From Candidatus Nanoarchaeia archaeon (GTDB lineage: Archaea; Nanobdellota; Nanobdellia; Woesearchaeales; JANQNC01): a DNA stretch of 32,000 nucleotides. The notes under the pieces are model-generated. The model made no database searches, was not told the origin of the DNA, and saw only the letters and a list, made by a program, of their open reading frames with translations. Positions 22,892 to 30,532 of the stretch are shown here, in pieces. The translations under genes were made by a program, and so were the position numbers. The stretch spans positions 90,001-122,000 of the forward strand of contig JANQNC010000001.1 of assembly GCA_028279745.1 (NCBI GenBank), in the 5' to 3' direction. Within the stretch, counting starts at the first letter, position 1, and every line of letters begins with the position of its first letter.

Positions 22892-23272
22892 ATGCCAAAA
22901 GAAATTCTATACCTTGATCTAAACAAAGTAGATCTATATGTTTCTGAAAATATGAAAAGTGATCTAGTTATTGAGTCGATTATCAAAGGAATAGAATTGG
23001 GGGATGATATTCCTGCAGTTCCTGTATCTCGGATAGACGAAACAACATATGAACTTGCAGACATAGATGATTTTCCGTTAGAACATGGGGGCAATCATAG
23101 AGCAGTTAGTTATTTTATTTCTAATATGCCGATGAAAAGTGTAATTTTGGCAAAGAGAAAGGAGTTATCAAACAAACTGCATGTAAAAGATGTAATCTTA
23201 GTTAATGATTCTCAACTTCCCGAATCGGACAGGTTGGATTTTAGAAAAAAAGCTTATTCGGGATATAGATAA
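22892..23272 (+). CDS. stand-alone ParB-N/sulfiredoxin-fold domain protein, 126 aa
   Basis: LDLNKVDL...ESIIKGIELGDDIPAVPVSRIDETTYELADIDDFPLEHGGNHRAVSYF matches the ParB-N pattern (..SI...G...Pi.V......y.l.dG.HR..A). The start is set at the ATG at 22892 rather than the TTG at 22883. Confidence 0.5.
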   Translation: MPKEILYLDLNKVDLYVSENMKSDLVIESIIKGIELGDDIPAVPVSRIDETTYELADIDDFPLEHGGNHRAVSYFISNMPMKSVILAKRKELSNKLHVKDVILVNDSQLPESDRLDFRKKAYSGYR

Positions 23273-23296
23273 AAAAAGAAAAGAAAAAAAGAAAGA
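23273..23296 (-). terminator. oligo-T-rich terminator region at the end of the purine operon
   Basis: The minus strand reads GTCTTTCTTTTTTTCTTTTCTTTTTT immediately after the stop of the 432-aa gene. Confidence 0.35.
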
Positions 23297-24595
23297 CTAA
23301 TCTTTCTGTACTCTGCTTGCGTAAGGCAAGAATTCATCAACCCAAGCATCAACAGGTCTTGCGTCGAATATGTCTGTACCTAAAGCTCTGTTACCAACAA
23401 CTTTCAGAGCATCTGCCATCATAGCACATGAATCATCTGCTGCTGACTGCAATGTTTCTTTAGTTGTGTGGTTCAACAAGTAGTTGTGCCAGTTGTCTGT
23501 ATTGCCTTCTACCTTTTGAGCTTCTGCTTTAGCATCATCACAAGCTTGGTAAATACCTCTTGCTCTGAAAACAGCTCTTTGGATCTCTTTGTTGGTAGGA
23601 ACTAGGTATTCTATCCCGTTCTTTTCAACTAAGATCATCTCTCTGTTTTCGTCAGGTGTTTTAGCGAAGTCAGTCAGTTTAATTTTTCCACCGTCATAAA
23701 CAACACCTTCAACTTTACCGTCCATGTTCTTGATGTTTCTTTCTCCATCATACTTCATCTGGTCGTTTGCACATTTTCTTACTGTGCCTTTCCAGATTTC
23801 ATAACCTTTCTCATCAACACCCATCCTTGCTCTAGCTTCGTCTTCAGTAACGTCTTCGTCTCCACCAACGCTGAACTTTGTTGTAAAGTTAAGAACTGGG
23901 GATTCAAGAACTGCACCTGGATTAGGTATTGTTCCGCCTAATGTTAATTCTTCCAAATAACCTTTCAGATCAGGGAAAGAATCCAGACCTTTTTCAGCAA
24001 CGTCTGCTCTTATCTCATCAAGAGCTTGTACTGTTTCGTCGTAAGTAGCTATCTTTTCATAGATGTCTCCTCTTCCGGTGTACTTGAACATCTTCTTGAA
24101 AGAACTTGAACCTAGTGGGAATCCTCCTCTGAAGATAGATTCTGCATCTGCAACATAAACTGAGATGTCGCCTTGTTTGATAGCTTCGTGGTATTCTTTA
24201 ACTGCTTCAACAGTTCCTGCTTTAGGAATGTTTGCAAGCTGCATAACAATTATATCGCTTAGCTCTCCTCTGTCAAGTAAAGTTGTTGTATCAACTACAT
24301 TTCCTTCACTGTCCATCAGACCAAGATAGCATGAACCTAACCCGATATTTTCTGCATGCTCAAAGTAAGATGCAGTCATCATAGTCAAGATGTAATTCTT
24401 TGAGTCAATCTCTACTGGGGGGATCTGTTTTTTCAAGTCAGCTACTGAAAATCTTCCGCTGACTTTCCAAGCCCCTTGTCCGAACTTGTGGGGTTCTGTT
24501 TTTATGTACAGTTTTTCTGCAAGTTCTCTTCTTTTTGTATCCAATCCAACTATTTCCGGTCCGCCCGGTATTATCATATCTTTTACACTTCCCAT
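23297..24595 (-). CDS. unknown soluble acidic protein, 432 aa; last gene of the purine operon
   Basis: Clean ORF with its own GGAGGAG SD, 26 nt after the purE stop. I recognise no motif of any purine enzyme or other family. Checked by eye: PurC, PurD, PurH, PurM, PurN, PurO, PurP, PurT, RuBisCO, MAT and FBPase. Confidence 0.6.
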   Translation of the reverse strand: MGSVKDMIIPGGPEIVGLDTKRRELAEKLYIKTEPHKFGQGAWKVSGRFSVADLKKQIPPVEIDSKNYILTMMTASYFEHAENIGLGSCYLGLMDSEGNVVDTTTLLDRGELSDIIVMQLANIPKAGTVEAVKEYHEAIKQGDISVYVADAESIFRGGFPLGSSSFKKMFKYTGRGDIYEKIATYDETVQALDEIRADVAEKGLDSFPDLKGYLEELTLGGTIPNPGAVLESPVLNFTTKFSVGGDEDVTEDEARARMGVDEKGYEIWKGTVRKCANDQMKYDGERNIKNMDGKVEGVVYDGGKIKLTDFAKTPDENREMILVEKNGIEYLVPTNKEIQRAVFRARGIYQACDDAKAEAQKVEGNTDNWHNYLLNHTTKETLQSAADDSCAMMADALKVVGNRALGTDIFDARPVDAWVDEFLPYASRVQKD

Positions 24596-24621
24596 TTTTT
24601 TCTCCTCCTATAAAGTAATCC

Positions 24622-25653
24622 TTAAACAAATGCTTCAATGCCTTCAGATTGAACTAAATCATCATTCTCTTTAACATCTTCAGCTAAAGATTCTCGATAA
24701 TCTTTAATCTTCTCTTGGATTTTAGGTACGGTCAAACCAACTATCTGCGAAGCGTACAAAGCAGCATTAGAGTATTTGTTAATTCCAATTCCTGCAACAG
24801 GGCATCCTTTTGTTTCCTCTTCAATATCTGTAAGCCCAAGCAGACTATTGAAAATATCTCCTTCTATGAAATCGTTACTTCCTGCATAACCTTCTGCAAT
24901 CGGCAATCCAATTGTCGGAAGATCTGTTTGTTCTGCAACATTTCTTGGGAAGTAGTTTGTAGATTCTTCATCGTCCAAAGCACCAAGTGCAATAACTGCT
25001 TTAGCGCCTTTATTCTCCAACTCTCTGGAAGTTTTTATCATTCCTTCAGAATCAACAGTAGATAATTCATACTCTTTAGTTTTAATACCGAACGCAGTCA
25101 TTAAAAAAACCATGTTTTCATATTTATCTTGGTTTAGATTAATATCTGATGGTTTAATTATCCCAACAAAAGGAACATTATCAACTTCAGAAACTTTTCC
25201 ACCAATCCCTCTATAAGATCTGATCTTATTTCTTATTTCTGGGTTATTGTTGTAAGCTATCTGAGCAGCTAAGATTGCTGCACTTTCTGACTGTCCAACA
25301 CCAACTGAACCTACAGGAATCCCATCAGGCATCTGTATAATTGAATACAAAGAATCTTTCCCTTCTAAACTGCTTGTTTTTACAGGTAAACCAACAACAG
25401 GCAACAATGTTTTTGAAGCAGTCATGCCTGGCAAGTGTGCAGAACCTCCTGCAGCAGCAATACTTACATAAAAACCATTATCAGAAAGTTTTCTAGCTGC
25501 CTCTGTCATTATGTGTGGAGTCCTATGAGCAGACAATACTCTTGGCGAGTATGGGATGCCTACAGATTCCAGAAACTCATAAGCTTTCTTAATTTTTGGA
25601 ATGTCTGATTTACTTCCAGTCCTGATTTCAATTAAAGGTTTTTCATTTTTCAT
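24622..25653 (-). CDS. purE: N5-CAIR mutase (class I PurE) fused to a second, degenerate PurE-like domain
   Basis: Domain 1 (aa 1-~150) has GSKSD, SAHRTP (class I signature), AAGGSAHLPGM, LPVVGLPV and IPVGSVGVG...AAILAAQI. Domain 2 (aa ~160-343) keeps the fold-like strings (IKPSD, VIALGALDDE, LPTIGLPI, CPVAGIGI...AALYASQIVG) but lacks SAHR and the GG.AHLPG loop. Confidence 0.85.
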   Translation of the reverse strand: MKNEKPLIEIRTGSKSDIPKIKKAYEFLESVGIPYSPRVLSAHRTPHIMTEAARKLSDNGFYVSIAAAGGSAHLPGMTASKTLLPVVGLPVKTSSLEGKDSLYSIIQMPDGIPVGSVGVGQSESAAILAAQIAYNNNPEIRNKIRSYRGIGGKVSEVDNVPFVGIIKPSDINLNQDKYENMVFLMTAFGIKTKEYELSTVDSEGMIKTSRELENKGAKAVIALGALDDEESTNYFPRNVAEQTDLPTIGLPIAEGYAGSNDFIEGDIFNSLLGLTDIEEETKGCPVAGIGINKYSNAALYASQIVGLTVPKIQEKIKDYRESLAEDVKENDDLVQSEGIEAFV

Positions 25654-25655
25654 TT

Positions 25656-26840
25656 TTATTTTCCTCCATTATCTATTGTTATTTTCTCTTTTATTTTCTC
25701 AGCACGAATTATTAAGTCTTCTTGGTCTTCCCCCTTATTTGAGATGACAGTAAAATGACCCATCTTTCTGTAAGGTTTAACTTCATGTTTGCCATAGTTA
25801 TGAACAAAAACTCCTTTCTCAACTTCAGCAGTTCCAATTATTTGTGAATTATCAAACATTATCTGGTAATTGCCTGTTTGGCCATCTAATCCAATAATGT
25901 TATGCATGACTGCAGGACCTGAAATTAAATCAGTGTTTCCTAAACTTTCTCCTGAAATTGCCCTTATGTGTTGTTCGAACTGGGAAGTTTGACATGCTTC
26001 AATAGTATAATGGCCAGAGTTATGAACTCTTGGTGCAATCTCATTGATCAAAACATCGCTACCTGCAACAAGCATCTCAATACCAAAAACACCTGCACCA
26101 TTTAATGATTCCATTGTTTGTTTTGCAATTCCCTTTGCTTTCTCTATGATTTCTTTGTTAACTCTGGCGGGAACAATTGTTTTTTCTAATATGTTGTAAT
26201 CTTTTCCATGAACATTCTCTCCAACAGGAAAGATTGAAATTTCTCCATTCACACCTCTTGCAGTAATTACTGATATTTCAACATCAAAAGGAATATACTC
26301 TTGAGCCATAATCTCTCTTCCGTTAAAGTAAGACAAGACTCCATCAACTTCACTATCCTTTCTTAAAACAAAATTACCTCTGCCATCATATGAGTCTTTT
26401 CTTGCTTTAATCATTAAAGGCAAACCATATCCAGAAATAACTTGTTCTAATTCTTCTTTTCCACTAACACTTTCGAAATTAGGTACAGGTATGCTAGAAT
26501 TGTATAAAAAATCAGCTTGTGTGTACTTATCCTGAATTGTTCTTAGCGTATCAGGAGAAGGGTGAACAGGCAAACCTTTTTTTCTTAGCTCTTCTAAAAC
26601 TTTACTGTTGGCTAATTCAATCTCAAAAGTTATTATGTCTGAAGAATTTCCTAATTTCCTAATTTGTTCTTCGTCCTTGTAATCTCCAACAAGTTGGTCA
26701 TCTAAAAAACTATATGCAGGACAATTTGGAGTGGGGTCTACTGCAATTAATCTGTAAGGCAGATCTTTGTCTTTGATAGACTCACCTATCATCAAACATA
26801 ACTGACCACCGCCAACAACACCTATTGTTTTTTTGTTCAT
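25656..26840 (-). CDS. purK: N5-carboxyaminoimidazole ribonucleotide synthetase (ATP-grasp) PurK
   Basis: IGVVGGGQLCLM is at the N-terminus, and the ATP-grasp core shows GLPLMIKARKDSYDGRGN and ELNEIAPRVHNSGHYT-like (INEIAPRVHNSGHYTIEA). The gene sits 2 nt from purE. Confidence 0.88.
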   Translation of the reverse strand: MNKKTIGVVGGGQLCLMIGESIKDKDLPYRLIAVDPTPNCPAYSFLDDQLVGDYKDEEQIRKLGNSSDIITFEIELANSKVLEELRKKGLPVHPSPDTLRTIQDKYTQADFLYNSSIPVPNFESVSGKEELEQVISGYGLPLMIKARKDSYDGRGNFVLRKDSEVDGVLSYFNGREIMAQEYIPFDVEISVITARGVNGEISIFPVGENVHGKDYNILEKTIVPARVNKEIIEKAKGIAKQTMESLNGAGVFGIEMLVAGSDVLINEIAPRVHNSGHYTIEACQTSQFEQHIRAISGESLGNTDLISGPAVMHNIIGLDGQTGNYQIMFDNSQIIGTAEVEKGVFVHNYGKHEVKPYRKMGHFTVISNKGEDQEDLIIRAEKIKEKITIDNGGK

Positions 26841-26847
26841 TTTATAA

Positions 26848-28293
26848 TTACACGTTCAATTCTGAATCTGAGTCTCCGATCAGATCTTTATACTTCATCA
26901 AGACAGGGTCAACTTCAGTTTCAATAAATTCATCAACCTGTTCTGATGCCCGCCCTGTAAACCTTGAAGGATTATCCAGCAAAGTGTCTAGATATTCTTT
27001 TCCTGCAGGGAAGTTAGAATCTTTTTCTAATCTTTCAAAAAGATCGTTTGGCTTGCCTTCTTCCTTAACAATCTTACCTGCCGCAACTGAATGAACTTTT
27101 ATTATTTCGTGCATTTCATTTCTGTTATGTCCTTCTTTAGCTAAGTCCATCAAGATTTCTTCAGTAGCCATAAATGGCAGTTCTTGATCAAGATGTTTCT
27201 TGATTTGTGCAGGATAAACAACCATTCCTTTAGTAATGTTCTGATAGATTTTTAAAACAGCATTTGTCAACAAGAACTCTTCAGAAATCAAGCTTCTTCT
27301 AGCTGAAGAATCATCTAGCGTTCTTTCAAACCACTGGTTTGCATGAATTTGCCCAATCATATTAGGGTAATTCATCAACATTCTAGAAAGGCTGGTCATC
27401 CTTTCAGAACGCATAGGATTTCGCTTGTAAGCCATAGCAGAACTTCCGGTCTGCTTTTTAGAGAAAGGTTCCTCCTGCATTTTCAGATTAGAAAGTAATC
27501 TAAGATCGCATGCAAACTTACTTGCTGAAGAAGCAATGCCTGCAAGAACGCTAGAGACCATTGTGTCAAACTTTCTTGAATAAGTTTGACCCGTAACAGG
27601 GTAAGATTCACTAAATCCTAATTTTTTTGTAACAAGCTCATCCAACTTCTTAACTTTTCCATGATTTCCGTCAAAAAGTGTAAGATATGAAGCTTGTGTT
27701 CCTACAGTTCCTTTGGCGCCTCTTGCCTTGAAAATACTTTCTAAATGCTCAATTTGCTCGAGATCCATTAAAAGATCCTGTATGTAAAGAGTATTTCTTT
27801 TTCCAACAGTTGTGGGTTGACCGGGCTGATAGTGAGTAAAACCCAAAGTAGCTAAATTCTTATGATCTTTAGCAAACTTAGAAAGATTGTAAATTGTGTT
27901 AACTAAGTCCTTTTTGACAAGGGTTAAAGCTTCTTTTTGCTGTATAAGATCTGTATTGCAACACACATATTGGGAAGTTGCGCCCAAATGTATAATGCCT
28001 TTAGCTTCGGGGCAGTGAAGACCATATTCATATACGTGAGACATGACGTCATGTCTTGTTTCTTTTTCTCTTTTTTTTGCAACATCATAATCAATGTTTG
28101 TTACAGCGTCATACATCTCCTTGATCATATTGTCTGTTATCTGGGTTAAGCCTAACTCTTTCTCTGCTTCAGCTAAATCGATCCAACATTTTCTCCAAGT
28201 CTGAAATTTAAAATCATTAGAGAATATTTTTTGCATCGCTTTATCGGCGTATCTTCCTGATAGGGCAGATTGATAGATTGAGTTATCGGTCAT
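26848..28293 (-). CDS. purB: adenylosuccinate lyase PurB
   Basis: The fumarase/ASL family signature TGSSAMAYKRNPMRSE is present, with an N-terminal YQSALSGRYADKAMQKIFS. I prefer the ATG at 28293 (MTDNS...). The GGAGG within the last codons of the upstream gene then serves as SD and the 17-nt overlap disappears. The alternative start is 28311. Confidence 0.88.
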   Translation of the reverse strand: MTDNSIYQSALSGRYADKAMQKIFSNDFKFQTWRKCWIDLAEAEKELGLTQITDNMIKEMYDAVTNIDYDVAKKREKETRHDVMSHVYEYGLHCPEAKGIIHLGATSQYVCCNTDLIQQKEALTLVKKDLVNTIYNLSKFAKDHKNLATLGFTHYQPGQPTTVGKRNTLYIQDLLMDLEQIEHLESIFKARGAKGTVGTQASYLTLFDGNHGKVKKLDELVTKKLGFSESYPVTGQTYSRKFDTMVSSVLAGIASSASKFACDLRLLSNLKMQEEPFSKKQTGSSAMAYKRNPMRSERMTSLSRMLMNYPNMIGQIHANQWFERTLDDSSARRSLISEEFLLTNAVLKIYQNITKGMVVYPAQIKKHLDQELPFMATEEILMDLAKEGHNRNEMHEIIKVHSVAAGKIVKEEGKPNDLFERLEKDSNFPAGKEYLDTLLDNPSRFTGRASEQVDEFIETEVDPVLMKYKDLIGDSDSELNV

Positions 28294-28294
28294 T

Positions 28295-28777
28295 TTATTG
28301 TATTCCTCCATTTATTGTTTCAAAATTTTTTATTTTATTTATTTTCTGAGGGTTATTGTCTAAAACCAAAAAGTTCATTTTAGGGTGTGCTTGATAAACT
28401 CGGTTGAAGTAATCATAAACGTCTTTTGCATCACCTTTACTTAACTCTTCAGAAATATGTATAACTAATTTTTGAATCCCTTCAGTGTGTTTTTCTAAAG
28501 TATCAAAAGCGGTGTCGTTTAGTATGGGTGTGAGTTCACCAAGACATTCATAGATCCTTCTGTGGCAAAGAACCTGCATGTATGAAGGATAAGTCACATT
28601 ACTTACTTGGGTGTCATTATCCATTACATATATCACTCCGCTTTTGTCGATCTTTCCCTTAACAAAGTTATTGCTGCCATCAAGGTAAGGATGGTTATTG
28701 CCTCTGTAGTTGAAAACGGCAATATTTATGTCATTTTTTTGAAACACTGCTGCAACGTCATCTTTTGTCGTAATCAA
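28295..28777 (-). CDS. unknown protein, 160 aa, embedded between purA-like and purB
   Basis: Clean ORF, 8 nt after the purA-like stop and abutting the purB start. No motif is recognised. Confidence 0.55.
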   Translation of the reverse strand: MITTKDDVAAVFQKNDINIAVFNYRGNNHPYLDGSNNFVKGKIDKSGVIYVMDNDTQVSNVTYPSYMQVLCHRRIYECLGELTPILNDTAFDTLEKHTEGIQKLVIHISEELSKGDAKDVYDYFNRVYQAHPKMNFLVLDNNPQKINKIKNFETINGGIQ

Positions 28778-28785
28778 TTTATCAC

Positions 28786-30519
28786 CTACTCTCCCTTTTT
28801 AACATAAATTAAGTTATCCGTTTCTGGACCATTCCCAACTGAAATTACTTCTAAGCCAGTTAATTTTTCTACTGCACCAATAAAGTTCTGAACAGTCTGA
28901 GGTAAAGGATCATTTGGATCTCTTTTCCCGACACCAATAGGTGTGTCCTTCCAACCAGGCATGACTTTTGTAATTCCATAACAATGTTTTAGAACTTGAT
29001 CACAAGGGTAAGGGTCGCCAACTTTTATTATATCTCCATTCTTGTAAATCTTACCTCCTGACTCAGCACCTTCGCCAGATGGGTTGTGATAAACATAACC
29101 AACTGTTAACCCAACATAATCTTGGTCATCTCCTCTATCTAAAGCGGATATTGAGGTGAAGGGTCCTTGAACTTCATTAACAACAGCTGCAGACAAACAA
29201 TCAAACACACCAGTAACTCTTGGCTTGCCTGTTGTAGCTCCTTTCTCACCAAAGTTTCTTGAAGAAGCGATAGCCATAGCTTCATTAATCCGGAATTCAC
29301 CAGATTCATCCTTGTAACTTACAGGATTAAGAACTCCGTTCTTACCCACACTTTCAAAATATGCTTTTTGTATTCTATCAAAGTCTTCACAACCCTCAAG
29401 CTCATTCAAAGAATCAATGTTTGCCTTAGAGAAATGGTCTTGTGGAACAAACGATGAAGGGTTTGCACCAATACCAACTCTTGAATCTGCAGGTGTCTTG
29501 AAAACATTGATCACTGCAGTCTTGTACTTTGTTGTGTTATACAAAGCAGAAGCGATAACTCCTGCAGCATGAGTCTGTGCAGATGTTGAAGAAGGCCAAT
29601 GCTTCTCAGTAGCGTTAGAAAGATTGAATGACTGAGGTGATTCAATCAAACCTTTATTGCCTTTCTCTAGATTCTCCCTAAACATCTTAGCAACATCAGC
29701 TCTCTTCGGGAAATCAGAGTTTTTAACAACCTTCTCCTCATAAAGAGATATCAAGTATTCAACTTTTTTCTTAACATCTCCAGCTTTCAAAAAGTCATAC
29801 ATGTGAGCAGGAACTTTTCTGGTGCCTTTAGCAACCATTGCATCCAAGCCATCAATAACTTCCTGTTCATCTTTGTCATTGTGTTTCATCAGAGCTTCAT
29901 AGATATTAAGCTCTTTAGTAAGTCTTTTAGCTTGTTCATCTGTAGAATTAAATAAATGATCTAATCTTAATCCTCTTTTCATAGCTTTAGAAGCATGAAT
30001 GTAAGACATACCCATCAAAGTAGACGAGTTTGGAGGATTTAATGCAAAATCCAAAACCTTATGTTGAGGTCCAACAACATGAACATTACCTACAAATAAT
30101 TTATCTTTGTAGTCGATACCTGCATTAACTAACTGGCTAATCTCTTTCTCCATGTAGTTGATAGGATCCATAACACACTCAGAACCGATTGCATTAACTT
30201 TTCCAGTAAGAATTCCAGAAGGCGTTAGGTTGAAAACATATTTTTTACCATCTAACATAACAGTGTGGCCTGCATTCTCTCCTGAGTTAAATCTTGCAAT
30301 CAATTGAACTAGCTCATTATTGGCAATAGCATCAGTTATTTTTCCTTTACCTTCATCACCAAAGTAACCTCCTGCAACAACTAAAACCTGATTAGCTTCA
30401 ATTATTGGAAGTAGTACATCTTCAAAAGAGCTTGGAGAATAGCTGCCTGAATAATTTTCAGCTAGCGCTTCTATCACACTAATATCTTTTATTTCGTCAA
30501 ATACATTTTGTATTGCCAT
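28786..30519 (-). CDS. purA: adenylosuccinate synthetase-like protein, unusually long (577 aa) and divergent
   Basis: PurA hallmarks occur in order: GYFGDEGKGKITD (P-loop GDEGKGK), NAGHTV, ESPQSFNLS...WPSSTS (compare EGAQG..LD...GTYP.VTSS), SRVGIGANP (compare TRVG.GPFP) and GATTGKPRVTGVFD (compare G.TTGR.RR.GW.D). The canonical TTxxGIGP(A/C)Y segment is not recognisable. There are several insertions relative to the ~340-430-aa enzymes. Confidence 0.7.
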   Translation of the reverse strand: MAIQNVFDEIKDISVIEALAENYSGSYSPSSFEDVLLPIIEANQVLVVAGGYFGDEGKGKITDAIANNELVQLIARFNSGENAGHTVMLDGKKYVFNLTPSGILTGKVNAIGSECVMDPINYMEKEISQLVNAGIDYKDKLFVGNVHVVGPQHKVLDFALNPPNSSTLMGMSYIHASKAMKRGLRLDHLFNSTDEQAKRLTKELNIYEALMKHNDKDEQEVIDGLDAMVAKGTRKVPAHMYDFLKAGDVKKKVEYLISLYEEKVVKNSDFPKRADVAKMFRENLEKGNKGLIESPQSFNLSNATEKHWPSSTSAQTHAAGVIASALYNTTKYKTAVINVFKTPADSRVGIGANPSSFVPQDHFSKANIDSLNELEGCEDFDRIQKAYFESVGKNGVLNPVSYKDESGEFRINEAMAIASSRNFGEKGATTGKPRVTGVFDCLSAAVVNEVQGPFTSISALDRGDDQDYVGLTVGYVYHNPSGEGAESGGKIYKNGDIIKVGDPYPCDQVLKHCYGITKVMPGWKDTPIGVGKRDPNDPLPQTVQNFIGAVEKLTGLEVISVGNGPETDNLIYVKKGE

Positions 30520-30532
30520 TATTTCACCTTCG

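Noticed and set aside
28786-30519. The idea that the long PurA-like protein is a PurZ-type (2-aminoadenine pathway) enzyme
   Set aside because: There is no viral or mobile context, and the gene sits in a housekeeping pur/gua operon. I cannot evaluate the specificity residues by eye, so the idea is not supportable from the sequence alone.
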